Below, in pieces: positions 10,301 to 19,582 of a DNA stretch of 64,000 bases (position 1 is the first letter of the stretch; each line of letters starts with the position of its first letter). Both the position numbers and the translations under genes were made by a program. The stretch covers positions 752 through 64,751 of the forward strand of contig JAAYJH010000054.1 in NCBI GenBank assembly GCA_012523035.1. Reading direction: 5' to 3'. Source of the stretch: Fibrobacter sp. GTDB taxonomy: Bacteria; Fibrobacterota; Fibrobacteria; Fibrobacterales; Fibrobacteraceae. The notes under the pieces are model-generated. The model ran no database searches. It had not been told where the DNA came from and saw only the letters and a list, made by a program, of their open reading frames with translations.

Positions 10301-10660
10301 TTTGATTTCACTTGGAACAAAGAAACTTATTATCTAAAAGATACAACGACTCAAAAAAGCTACTATTACTATCGTTTAAAAGAAGATCAAATCGTGGCGA
10401 CCAATTCCCCCAAAGCCAATGACCACGAAGTATCTCCTCTGCTCCAAAGACTAGAAGGACCATACGAAAGGTTATCAGAAAAAAAACAAAGCACCGAAAC
10501 AGAAAAAAACCTGGTTTTAGAGTTTAGCACCAAGATCAATCACTCCACTCGATTGTTTAGTGAATGGGCTATTCGTAGCGAAACTTATTTGCGACCATCA
10601 CAAATTTCTAATGAATACAAAAACTTGATTTTGAGTTTGAACTTGAATTACTCTTTTTAA
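7358..10660 (+). CDS. Large secreted protein: N-terminal parallel beta-helix repeats, acidic linker, then a ~780-aa putative outer-membrane beta-barrel
   Basis: Signal peptide ...TSIFAQ. Repeats such as NSQLQINTAHIHKSTNFGILLENSKLTIQNSLLSNNTIAIQLE. Acidic linker EESEELEDNDEIIEVPEAP. The C-terminus ...LSLNLNYSF ends in an aromatic residue like an OMP beta-signal. Translationally coupled to the FecR-like gene. Confidence 0.55.
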   Translation: MQKHLFTKKLKTLLIILTLLATSIFAQKPSLLSGEIHGFLTNKSSPYLVQDSLIVSTNQVLIVEPGVRILFEKDAGIWVREGQIIINGNSSENVILKGVDTNTIWKGVHLIHSKNSEFNNLKIRDAQTAFHIKNSQLQINTAHIHKSTNFGILLENSKLTIQNSLLSNNTIAIQLENDDSAILKDVSFKKNTVAFALKNTNSISFDNTSFNENQLAIYNPQQQNLKLENTFFQHNKHQFQSEDFTAPSLEIPPLEFTSFIDEESEELEDNDEIIEVPEAPSHSAETQKALLAKDTTEESAESNDAPPSKWSMLGNIAVSLDYRHIKTAKNPGPLHDISDNDTTKVHDRYKNIWEVPGLAHGASVYLLMQNGAYKSIEFSTDLYSDHWISKEVPNFSLQYQDSYQKINAGNFYLSRGDLYLSGLSILGLQYNLSLFENKNKKTLLTWSSFWGESEKPILAGMRNPYVYKDWIQEGELKAQTLVWGSDIKWQPLRRFDANFGFLASKDELENPVFREGQSLSRLTSDPLQKALSAYAQGNWLFYPGDIELKAQVAIGRSDTADVMAQRAIDKVFKKEGLSIASLPTIRKLMQSPHLVNRLSRHDLLDIFGDYSSLSNETMRDSLSTLIQKAKKTQKELSKKSESSRKMGLDITSQNVALAASLFWTSEKSSLFGNIKYIGANYYSPGSPNQLNNVREFGGYYKRMLNEIWTTKLAYDLNVENASIDKSLNIFGLAEGTRLGLFNSVDEKFLKEHELSVERVLTKHHLGLENSFELSPRTTLFLNFGASYQSMNRPYRLKAFIDGENAIYNDPWFKNTGKDSTMLIYYRDTIQVNTQKWQEYSDLANKAFIAERFKEVLTNGYLDLSLSYKINNNEIRFAYIFDTRLDFSYFRRDSLIKNLDLQDSTWGKMGYHFNSANYTEQKYPISLRSNLSWFTNIFSYAYRYKSYTLDNMREKEWTLSNTLEIPLFSNFITLSFMAEMGVFDFTWNKETYYLKDTTTQKSYYYYRLKEDQIVATNSPKANDHEVSPLLQRLEGPYERLSEKKQSTETEKNLVLEFSTKINHSTRLFSEWAIRSETYLRPSQISNEYKNLILSLNLNYSF

Positions 10661-10689
10661 GTCTTCCACTAAAATACTACATTTTAAGC

Positions 10690-11640
10690 ATGATAAGCAA
10701 AAGCATCAATCGTCATCATGCTAATATGAGATTAGACCGTTATTTACGACAAGAGTTTCCAGATGAAACTCTCTCTAGATTATTTGGAGTCATTCGCAAA
10801 AAAAAAGTCCGCGTCAATGGAGTGATAGCCAAAGCCCCACTCCTCCTTCAAGAAGGAGATCAAGTACAAATTTATGAAAGTCTAAAAGAAAAAAGTAAGG
10901 AACCTTGGGGAAAAGCTCCACAGTATTGTGACGCCTTATTTTTAAAAAACAATTTGCACTTGGCCTTGGAACACGAAGATTTTATAGTCATCGATAAAAG
11001 TTCTGGAATAGCTAGTCAACCAGGCACAGGCACCAAAGCCAAAGAAACATTGGTGGATATGCTGTGGCAATGGGGGCAAGACGCTCGTTTAGATTTTAAA
11101 CCCACCTTGGTGCATCGACTAGATAGAGAAACTTCTGGCTTACTCATTGCCGCTCTGCATGGAGACTCTCTTCGAAAGCTGGCCAAAATTATTCGTGAAC
11201 AAAAATTACAAAAGTATTATTTTGCACTAGTGAAAGGGAAATTAAAAAGAGACAAAGGTGTAATTGCATTGAATTTAGAAAGGTCAGATTCTGCTCAAGG
11301 TTCAAAAGTAAAAGTTTCTGATCAAGGTAAACCCAGCTTCACTCGATACAAAGTACATAGACGGTATTTAGATTGCACTCTGGTTAAAATAAAACTAGAA
11401 ACAGGTAGAATGCATCAAATTAGGGCTCACTTTGCAAGCATCGGGCACCCTTTAGCCGGTGACTCTCGTTATGGAGATTTTGAATGGAACAAAAAACTTT
11501 CTAAACAATTGAACTTGAATCGACTGTTTTTACATAGCTCTCAATTAGAATGGACATGGAAAAACCAAAGCATTTTTATAGAGTCTCCTCTTCCCAAGGA
11601 ACTTCGAGAAATAATATCCCAATTAAACCATAAGGGATAA
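10690..11640 (+). CDS. RluA-family 23S rRNA pseudouridine synthase (S4 domain plus catalytic domain)
   Basis: S4-like N-terminus MRLDRYL, catalytic motif HRLDRETSGLL, and GRMHQIRAH. Confidence 0.9.
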   Translation: MISKSINRHHANMRLDRYLRQEFPDETLSRLFGVIRKKKVRVNGVIAKAPLLLQEGDQVQIYESLKEKSKEPWGKAPQYCDALFLKNNLHLALEHEDFIVIDKSSGIASQPGTGTKAKETLVDMLWQWGQDARLDFKPTLVHRLDRETSGLLIAALHGDSLRKLAKIIREQKLQKYYFALVKGKLKRDKGVIALNLERSDSAQGSKVKVSDQGKPSFTRYKVHRRYLDCTLVKIKLETGRMHQIRAHFASIGHPLAGDSRYGDFEWNKKLSKQLNLNRLFLHSSQLEWTWKNQSIFIESPLPKELREIISQLNHKG

Positions 11641-11642
11641 AC

Positions 11643-12443
11643 ATGAACTCTATAACTTGGAAACACGCGCCAACACCACGCCATCCGGGCATTCATGTGA
11701 TTGAAGAGGCCTTAGAAGACTTAGTCCCTTATATCGATTGGAAATACTTTTCAAAAGCTTGGGGTCTAAAAACAGCTTCTCAAGAAGCAGAGAATCAAAT
11801 AAAAGAAGGGAAGGATTTTTTAAAAACAATTATTCAAGAAAAAATCCTCCAAGCTAAAGGAGTTTTCGGTTTTTTTAGAGTCCAACGCATTGGAGATTCT
11901 TTGGACCTCATAGACACTCCAGAATACTTGCATTTTTTAAGGCAGCAAGTGGCACACACACCAAATCAAACATTACGCTCTCTAGCCGATTATTTTTCTC
12001 CAAAAGATATCGACTGGATAGGGCTGTTTGCAGTGAGTGTTGGTTTTGGAGTAGAAACTTTTAAAAAACAAAATACTGATGAATACCAGCAAATGCTTTT
12101 GCACACTGTTTCGGCTCGGCTTACAGAAGCCTTTTCTGAAAAGCTCCACCAAGAAGTGATGAAGAAATACTGGGCTTATGCTCAGGACGAGGCATTTGGA
12201 ATCAGACCTGCACCCGGCTATCCCATTTGCCCCGATCACTCCGAAAAAGCGACTTTTTGGAGACTTTTAGAGCCCGAAAAACGCATCGGCATCCAACTCA
12301 CAGAGTCTTATATGATGATCCCTGCAAGTTCTACTTGTGGTTATTATATAGCCCACCCCAAAAGCCAATATTTTAGCGTGGGTTCCATTGGCAAAGACCA
12401 AGATTTAGAGTATCAAAACAGAAAAAAGCAACTTAAAAAGTGA
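11643..12443 (+). CDS. Stand-alone methionine synthase (MetH) activation / AdoMet-binding domain protein
   Basis: 266 aa. RPAPGYPICPDHSEK matches the MetH reactivation-domain motif RPAPGYPACPDHTEK. YIDWKYF and STCGYYIAHP also fit. Confidence 0.7.
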   Translation: MNSITWKHAPTPRHPGIHVIEEALEDLVPYIDWKYFSKAWGLKTASQEAENQIKEGKDFLKTIIQEKILQAKGVFGFFRVQRIGDSLDLIDTPEYLHFLRQQVAHTPNQTLRSLADYFSPKDIDWIGLFAVSVGFGVETFKKQNTDEYQQMLLHTVSARLTEAFSEKLHQEVMKKYWAYAQDEAFGIRPAPGYPICPDHSEKATFWRLLEPEKRIGIQLTESYMMIPASSTCGYYIAHPKSQYFSVGSIGKDQDLEYQNRKKQLKK

Positions 12444-12468
12444 GTTCTATTTTGCGTAAAAGCTTGTT

Positions 12469-12498
12469 TTGACATTTTTTGTCGCAAAACATTATTAT
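12469..12498 (+). promoter_or_regulatory. Candidate sigma70-type promoter upstream of recC
   Basis: TTGACA (12469-12474), an 18-nt spacer (17 nt if the -10 is read as TTATTA), then TATTAT (12493-12498). It lies about 180 nt upstream of the recC ATG. Confidence 0.3.
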
Positions 12499-12677
12499 AT
12501 TATTTGAAGTGTTTTTGTTTGCATTAAAAAGGTCTGATCTATAAAAAAAACTGATTTATACCTTGTTTATGAAGCAAAGGGCTTCTCTTCTGTTTTTTTA
12601 TCTAAGTTTCTATGTAGGCTTTCTTTGTCTTTTTAGTTCAAATTTTGTGATAGATTTACCCATTTCCAAGAGGTTTT

Positions 12678-15600
12678 ATGTTACACCTTTCTTTTTCTGC
12701 CGATATTGAATTTTTAGCAGCTAAGATGAGAAATCAACTCCAATCCATTTGGAAAAAGGAAAATGCTTTTGAATCCCCTCAGGTTATTTTTCCAGATCGA
12801 AAAATCGAGCAGTGGTTTCGTTTGTTTTGGGTAAAGAAATTTAATGTTTTAGCCAATTTAAATTCCATTCCATTAGAGAGATTTTTATGGGAAGCTTTAA
12901 AGCCTCAAGAGGCAAGCCAATTGAGTGTAGATGTACTTCAACACATTATCAACGCCGCCCTTTTAGAAAAAGACAAAAATGACCAAGCTTTTTATACCCG
13001 TCTAGGTTTAAAAGACAAAATAGATCCTCTTTTGATACATAGCTCACTTTCTTTTCTTTCTGCACAGCTTGCATCTTTATTTTTAGAATACGAATACAGT
13101 CGCCCCTCTAATTTTATCACGCAAAGGACAGGGATTTTAGAGCATTGGTCAGAGAAATCAAACACTCCTTTTTTTAGCGAAAACCCTGCTCAAGAAGATC
13201 CCATAGAAAAATGGCAAAGGCAATTGTATTCTAAAGTATTTCACAAACTTGATTCTCATTATTCTTTTTTTGATCTAGCGATCCTTAAAGCAGAAGTCGA
13301 CGGGATCACAAAACCCTTGAGTTTATCTTACCTATACTCACAAATAACAGAAGAAGAAAAGGCTCTTTATTGGACAGGAAAAGATGTGTTTTTGTTTGGA
13401 TTGGGTGGCTTAAGTCAATTCCATAGGACTATTTTACAAGATATGTCTAAATATATGAACTTGTATGTTTATATACAAAATCCATGCGCAGAATTTTGGG
13501 AAGACATAAAAGTTCAAGGTGATTATAGGCGTTCTTTTCAAAAAAAAGAAGCTCATGATTTTTTCTCCAGTATCTCTCATATTGAGCTAGACCAAGAAGA
13601 ACAACACTTCTCTGGAGAAAACAGTCTCTTAGTTCAATGGGGAAAAGCGGGAAGAGACAACATTAAACTATGGTCTCTGGCCTCTGATTATAATTTCGAA
13701 TACGAATATATCGAAAAAAAACCAACAAGTCTCTTGGAACACTTACAAAAAAGTGTCTTAGATAGAAAAGAAAAGTTAGAGCAAAGTGTGGAAGCAGACG
13801 ACTCCTTAAAAATAATGGCTGCCCCCACGCCAATTCGAGAAATTGAAAACTTAAAAGAAGAGATATGGAGGGATTTACAGAAAAAGCCACAACTTCGCTT
13901 GGATGACATTTTGGTCCTTTGCCCTAATATAGATGAATACAGAGCGAGCATTGAAATTGTGTTCAATAGAGAAAGCAAAGAAAAAGATGAATACCTAGAC
14001 TATGCCTTTGTAGATGCTCCCGAAAATGAGTCACTTGTGGCAGACGCGATATTTAGCCTGTTGAACATGGCTCAGCAAAAAGAAATCAATAGAAAATTTT
14101 TATTTCAATATTTAAAAAATCCACTCGTCCAAATCACCAAAAAAATAGACCCTCTTTGGATTCCAATATGGGAGTCTTGGGTGGATCAACTCAATGCATA
14201 CCGCAACACTGATAGTGCCGATAAAGAAAAAGTATTCTCATTTTCTCATGCTCTAAAACGACTATTGCTCCACCATTTGATGCAAAACAAATTTACAATA
14301 GGAGACGTAAATTATCACCCTTATGGCAATATTGATAGCGAAAACAAGGAATCACTTGAAAGTTTTGTGAATGTTGTCCGTGAACTTGATGATTTTGTTT
14401 TTAATACAGAGCCTGACCAAGTTTTACATAAAACCAAAAACTATATTAGCAAACTTTCTACCCACAAGGCCAGTAAAGAAATGTCTTTTTATGGCGAAAA
14501 AGAAGTCAAAAAAACTGCCTTAAAATCTTTAAACAGTCTGTCATGGCAAAATTATGCCGGTAGAACAGAAGCCTTTAGTATAGAAGAAATCAAAGCACTA
14601 CTCCAAAGAGAATTAGTCCAAGTCAAGCCCGGAAGCGGGCAACTCCTAAACTCTGGGATTAGCTTTATGAAGTTTCAAGAGACTAGAATTTTACCTATGA
14701 AACACATCTATATCATAGGCTTAAATGCAAAAACTTTTCCGGGTTCTAACCCACAAAGCACCCTAGACCTTAGGAATCCAATCCCTGGTAGAAAACCCAG
14801 ATGGTATGGAGATTCAAACATACTGGATAAAAATAGATACGCTTTTTTATGCCAAATCATGAGCTGTAAAGAAAAGCTATACCTGAGTTATCAAAGTCAT
14901 AACTTAAAAAAAGATGAAATTTTATACCCTTCGAGTGTTGTCGAGGATTTGATTCGTTTTATCAAAAAATCTAATTTGAAAAAGCTTGAAAACGCTGAAT
15001 CTATCGTGAAAATCATCCCTTTAGATGAAAACAGAGCTTTAGATAAGATTTATAGCTCCAAAAGACTCCAACAAGTTTTTCTACAGTCTATCCATAAAGA
15101 CTTAAAAAAAACACCTCGTCTTCAAAATTTAAAAGCGATGGAGATAGGCTCTGAAATTTCTATCTATTCCTTGAGAGATTTTGTGCTCAATCCATTTGAA
15201 TTTCAAGTGAAGCAAAGCCTTCACCTTGATCAAGAAGAAGACAGCACTTTAGAAACTCTGGAGCCCATTGAATTGAACTCTTTAAAAAGCAGCATATTTT
15301 ACAAAGAGTATTTTCAAGCTCATTTGGAGCAAATCAATGATAAACTCAAAGGAAACTCTGATATTTTAAATGAAACCAATGCCTCACTCGATTTGTTTTT
15401 ACAAAATCAAACAGAACAGGGAATATTGGCCGAAGGGATTTTTGGTGAACTTCAAATGCGTCAGACACGCGAACTTTATAAAATACACGAAGACAAGTTA
15501 TTGGAGTCTAAAGATTCCTTGCAGTCCATAGAAGCTGCAAAAGAGTTTTCTTATGAATTGACCTATCAAGGCAAAGAAATACAAATTTCAGCTAAACCCG

Positions 15601-16148
15601 ATTTCGAAGGGCTTTATAACAACGAGAAATGCTTTATCTTTATTTCTAAAAACATTAAAAACAATAAAATCTCGGATAGGAATAAAATACTCCTTCGATT
15701 GAATTCGCTTCTATATTTGGCACAAATCAAAGACCCCCATTCAATAAACACAGTTTACGAATACCGTTTAGACAATAAAGCGGATATAATTCCTTTGAGC
15801 CTAAGCCCGAGCAAAGCCCAAGAAATTTTGCTTCAATTGATCACAATGGCCTATCAAGAACGCTTTGCATTGTATTTGCCTTTTTCAAACAAAGAAAAAG
15901 TCCTTTTAGATTTTTCTTTATCTAAAGATCCAAATAGTGCAAATCCACCTCAAGATTGGGCAGAAAACTTTGATGCCGATATATTCACAAAAAAAATAGA
16001 ATCTCGTGATATTTACACCAAAGAACTGTGCATGTTCGATGAAACAGACTGGGGTTATCACGGCCATTCAAGAGACGAGCTTCTTTCTATACGAGCACAA
16101 GTCAAAAAATGGTGCATAGACATTATAAATAGCGATTTACAACTCTAA
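12678..16148 (+). CDS. recC: Exodeoxyribonuclease V gamma subunit RecC
   Basis: 1156 aa. The N-terminus (MLHLSFSADIEFLAAKM...FESPQVIFPDRKIEQWFRL) parallels E. coli RecC. It sits immediately upstream of recB and recD. Confidence 0.75.
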   Translation: MLHLSFSADIEFLAAKMRNQLQSIWKKENAFESPQVIFPDRKIEQWFRLFWVKKFNVLANLNSIPLERFLWEALKPQEASQLSVDVLQHIINAALLEKDKNDQAFYTRLGLKDKIDPLLIHSSLSFLSAQLASLFLEYEYSRPSNFITQRTGILEHWSEKSNTPFFSENPAQEDPIEKWQRQLYSKVFHKLDSHYSFFDLAILKAEVDGITKPLSLSYLYSQITEEEKALYWTGKDVFLFGLGGLSQFHRTILQDMSKYMNLYVYIQNPCAEFWEDIKVQGDYRRSFQKKEAHDFFSSISHIELDQEEQHFSGENSLLVQWGKAGRDNIKLWSLASDYNFEYEYIEKKPTSLLEHLQKSVLDRKEKLEQSVEADDSLKIMAAPTPIREIENLKEEIWRDLQKKPQLRLDDILVLCPNIDEYRASIEIVFNRESKEKDEYLDYAFVDAPENESLVADAIFSLLNMAQQKEINRKFLFQYLKNPLVQITKKIDPLWIPIWESWVDQLNAYRNTDSADKEKVFSFSHALKRLLLHHLMQNKFTIGDVNYHPYGNIDSENKESLESFVNVVRELDDFVFNTEPDQVLHKTKNYISKLSTHKASKEMSFYGEKEVKKTALKSLNSLSWQNYAGRTEAFSIEEIKALLQRELVQVKPGSGQLLNSGISFMKFQETRILPMKHIYIIGLNAKTFPGSNPQSTLDLRNPIPGRKPRWYGDSNILDKNRYAFLCQIMSCKEKLYLSYQSHNLKKDEILYPSSVVEDLIRFIKKSNLKKLENAESIVKIIPLDENRALDKIYSSKRLQQVFLQSIHKDLKKTPRLQNLKAMEIGSEISIYSLRDFVLNPFEFQVKQSLHLDQEEDSTLETLEPIELNSLKSSIFYKEYFQAHLEQINDKLKGNSDILNETNASLDLFLQNQTEQGILAEGIFGELQMRQTRELYKIHEDKLLESKDSLQSIEAAKEFSYELTYQGKEIQISAKPDFEGLYNNEKCFIFISKNIKNNKISDRNKILLRLNSLLYLAQIKDPHSINTVYEYRLDNKADIIPLSLSPSKAQEILLQLITMAYQERFALYLPFSNKEKVLLDFSLSKDPNSANPPQDWAENFDADIFTKKIESRDIYTKELCMFDETDWGYHGHSRDELLSIRAQVKKWCIDIINSDLQL

Positions 16149-16162
16149 AAAGAGAAACACCT

Positions 16163-19100
16163 ATGAATTTACAAGCTTTAAATCTAGACAACTTGGAAGC
16201 TGATTTTTTCAAAAAAAACACCTTTATTGAAGCCTCAGCTGGAACAGGAAAAACATACACCATTCAACATCTGGTTTTAAAAATCATTGGAGATCTAAAA
16301 GGAAACTCTTTGGTTTTAGACTCTACAGGTAAAAATTCACCGGTAAAACTAGATGAAATCTTGCTATTGACTTACACCGACAAAGCGGCTGGTGAACTGA
16401 GGAGTCGTATTCGAGCAATCATTGAAGAAAAAATAGAAGACCCAAACTTAACACCAGAAGAAAAAGCAGTTTTTGAAGAAAATCTGCAGCTCATTGACAA
16501 TGCCCCCATCCAGACATTCCATTCTTTTTGTGACCGAGTGAGCCACCAGTATTCTTTTGAAACGAATAATAACACTAGTAAAGAATTGATTGACAACAAA
16601 GAAATAAACAATGTCATCGATCGATATTGTAGAGATACTTGGCCACACGAGCGCGCATTTCAAGAACTCGTTCAAAACGACAAGTCTTTTGATCTCCAGG
16701 AACTGATAAAAAACACTAAAGATCTTTTAAACCTATACCACCCAGAAAACTCTCCTTTTGAATACATCAAAATAGACGCGAAAAAAATACTTTCTGAGGC
16801 TCAGAAAATGGAAAGCTCTTTTGACTTTGAATTTCTAAAGAAAATCAATTTTGATGCAGAAAAAATGCTCCGTGGATACGGCCCTAAAAGTTACGAAAAA
16901 GATCTTAAAAAAGCAAATAACGACCCTCAAATACTAGAATTGCTCAGCAAATTATTTCTGATCAACAACAAAACACAAGATGATTTAGACAAAAAGTATA
17001 ATAACAAACTCTTGTTTCTTAACGCCGAAGTTCCCAAAATCTATGAAGCATGGGCAAATTATAAAGAAAAAAACAGCCTAAAAACATACGACGACATTAT
17101 AGAAAAAATCTATACCCATACTCTAAACGAAGGGAGTCTCGTAAAGCCTTTGAGAAACTCTTATCGCTACGCCATTATTGACGAGTTTCAAGACACTAAC
17201 TTTTTCCAATGGAGTATTTTCAAAAATGTTTTTTTGAACTCCAAATCCAATCGCTTGATTGTTGTGGGTGACCCAAAGCAATCTATATACTCCTTTCAAG
17301 GGGCCAATTTAGAGGTGTACAAGCAAGCTATATCCGAAATTCAAAACGGTTATAGACTAGACACCAACTATAGGTCTTCTAAAACAATGATAAAAGAGAC
17401 CAACAAACTATTCCATTTTTTATTTAATCATCCAAAAGAGCATGCGCTATTCAAAGACTCTAAAAGCCCTGATTCCAACGATAAAGCCATATTTATTTTA
17501 GAGGACAAAGGTACTGGTATAGAGCCAAAAGAAAACGATGCCTTGCTTTTTATAGACTTTGAAAATGAAAATCGATATGCAGAAGAATGTGCCAAACAAA
17601 TAGAATTTTTACTTCAACATGGAGAAATTCGAAATCAAGACAAAAAAGAAAACATAAAGCTAGGAGACATCGCTATATTATCCAGAACTCGTAGCGAAAT
17701 GACGAGTATCGAGAGGGCCCTTCAAAAAAGAAACTTGCCCTACACCCGTTACAAAGACGATTCTCTTTTTAATCATAGCATAGAGTGTTTTAATCTTGCT
17801 GTGTTTTTAAAAGCTATTCACAGTAAGGGCAATTCTTCTAGAGAGCAAAGTCTTAAAAGAGCGGCTTTGATTAGCCCTTTTGTTGGTAAAAATTTAGATG
17901 AAGCTTTAGAGTTTGACTTCGACGACATAAAAGACCCCTTGAACCAGGACTTCTTGCTTTTTTCAAGTTTAATTTACGAAAAAAAATGGACAAATTTATT
18001 TGAAATGCTTTTTCTAAAAACTAAAATAGAAGATCGCTTGATAAAAGAAAACAGAGGTATAGAACTTACTTTTTACAAACAAATCATTGAGTACTGCTTA
18101 GAAGTTTTAATTCAAAAACAATGGCCACTAGACTCTTTGATCCAACACCTATTCAATCTTTATGATGACAAAGAATCCCCTCTAGGAGAAAACAGCAACA
18201 TTATAGCCAAAGACACCGACAAGAAAATCATCCAGATCATGACTATACATGCCTCCAAGGGTTTAGAATTTCCTATTGTCTTTTTACACGCTGGCTTTAA
18301 AGGAAAATCCACCAATATTAGCGGAGATTTTTTAAAAAATCAAGACCCTCTCGATAACAATAAATATAAAATTTATTCCAAAGACACCCACGAAATTGAG
18401 AAGAATAAAAGCAAAAAGACCACTATAGAAGAGCATCGCCGTCTTTTTTATGTGGCCATGACTAGGGCCAAACACCTCCTTGTGTTACCCAAACTCCCGG
18501 AAAAACTAACGAAGGATTCTCCTTTTCAAAATTTTCTATATGAAACCTTGAACTCTTTTTTAGAAAAGAACCCCTATCCATCCGTCTCTAATTTTAAATT
18601 AGACAAAGCATGGAAGCACAATCAAGAAGCTAATTCATCTTTTGACTTACAAAAAAAACTACTGGATTTAAATAACAAGTTCACTTCTATTAAAGAAGGA
18701 GTCATCCAAAACTCAGGAGCTCTTTATACCAAATCTTCTTCTTATAGTCAATTGGCACACCAGCAACTGAATCACTCCGAACTAGGGCGAGAAAACAAAT
18801 CCGAAGAAGAATCGCCCACAGAGAATCCCCTTTTAGAGATAGAAGATCCAGAAGAAATCCTTCCTAAAGGGGCTCATTTTGGAAATGCTATTCATAATGT
18901 TTTTGAGGATTTTGACTTTAGTCGAGCCAAAGATTTAGACTTGAATGAAATTCCCCAAGATTTATTGAGGATGATGCAAAAACACTTTGAAGCCGAGTCT
19001 TTAGAATACGAAAACATGGAACACCTCCGTTTGAGCTTTTCTTTAATTAAAAACACGCTACTCGCTCAGTTACCCAAAGTATGGCAAGATACCCAAGACA

Positions 19101-19582
19101 CTTTTAGCTTAGCAAAGCTCCCTGTTGAAAATCAAAAAAAAGAAATGCAATTCAATCTAGGACTTCCTTTTTCAGAGCAAATTCCTAATTGGTTTTTTAA
19201 TGGCTTCATCGATTTGGTTTTTATACAAGATTCTCGTTACTGTATTTTAGACTGGAAAACGGATTTTTTAGAAGACTATAGCCACCAATCCTTAGAAAAG
19301 GCCATCTATCAAAAAAAATACAGCCTCCAAAGGGCCCTTTATACATACACTCTGGTAGAATGGCTATCCACACTCATCCCAGACATCAGCAAAGAAAGCA
19401 TCTACGAGCAGTATTTTGGGGCGATTTATTATGTTTTTGTACGCGGCACCCAAGCCAATACCAGCAAAGCCTTTCACAGCCATCGCTATTCTTCTTACCA
19501 GGATTTAGTCAAAGACCTAGATACAGAAGTCCTCTCTAAACTAAAAAACATACAAAACAAAGGGCACTTTAATGAACATTAA
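16163..19582 (+). CDS. recB: Exodeoxyribonuclease V beta subunit RecB (UvrD-like helicase plus PD-(D/E)XK nuclease)
   Basis: Walker A FIEASAGTGKTYTI, DEFQDTN, GDPKQSIYSFQGA, TIHASKGLEF, and the C-terminal nuclease motif GFIDLVF...ILDWKTD. Confidence 0.85.
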   Translation: MNLQALNLDNLEADFFKKNTFIEASAGTGKTYTIQHLVLKIIGDLKGNSLVLDSTGKNSPVKLDEILLLTYTDKAAGELRSRIRAIIEEKIEDPNLTPEEKAVFEENLQLIDNAPIQTFHSFCDRVSHQYSFETNNNTSKELIDNKEINNVIDRYCRDTWPHERAFQELVQNDKSFDLQELIKNTKDLLNLYHPENSPFEYIKIDAKKILSEAQKMESSFDFEFLKKINFDAEKMLRGYGPKSYEKDLKKANNDPQILELLSKLFLINNKTQDDLDKKYNNKLLFLNAEVPKIYEAWANYKEKNSLKTYDDIIEKIYTHTLNEGSLVKPLRNSYRYAIIDEFQDTNFFQWSIFKNVFLNSKSNRLIVVGDPKQSIYSFQGANLEVYKQAISEIQNGYRLDTNYRSSKTMIKETNKLFHFLFNHPKEHALFKDSKSPDSNDKAIFILEDKGTGIEPKENDALLFIDFENENRYAEECAKQIEFLLQHGEIRNQDKKENIKLGDIAILSRTRSEMTSIERALQKRNLPYTRYKDDSLFNHSIECFNLAVFLKAIHSKGNSSREQSLKRAALISPFVGKNLDEALEFDFDDIKDPLNQDFLLFSSLIYEKKWTNLFEMLFLKTKIEDRLIKENRGIELTFYKQIIEYCLEVLIQKQWPLDSLIQHLFNLYDDKESPLGENSNIIAKDTDKKIIQIMTIHASKGLEFPIVFLHAGFKGKSTNISGDFLKNQDPLDNNKYKIYSKDTHEIEKNKSKKTTIEEHRRLFYVAMTRAKHLLVLPKLPEKLTKDSPFQNFLYETLNSFLEKNPYPSVSNFKLDKAWKHNQEANSSFDLQKKLLDLNNKFTSIKEGVIQNSGALYTKSSSYSQLAHQQLNHSELGRENKSEEESPTENPLLEIEDPEEILPKGAHFGNAIHNVFEDFDFSRAKDLDLNEIPQDLLRMMQKHFEAESLEYENMEHLRLSFSLIKNTLLAQLPKVWQDTQDTFSLAKLPVENQKKEMQFNLGLPFSEQIPNWFFNGFIDLVFIQDSRYCILDWKTDFLEDYSHQSLEKAIYQKKYSLQRALYTYTLVEWLSTLIPDISKESIYEQYFGAIYYVFVRGTQANTSKAFHSHRYSSYQDLVKDLDTEVLSKLKNIQNKGHFNEH

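Noticed and set aside
12569-12715. 48-codon hydrophobic upstream ORF (MKQRASLLFFYLSFYVGFLCLF...) overlapping the recC start.
   Set aside because: It has no ribosome-binding site. The T-rich sequence gives a Phe/Leu-rich translation by composition alone, and nothing supports it beyond being open.
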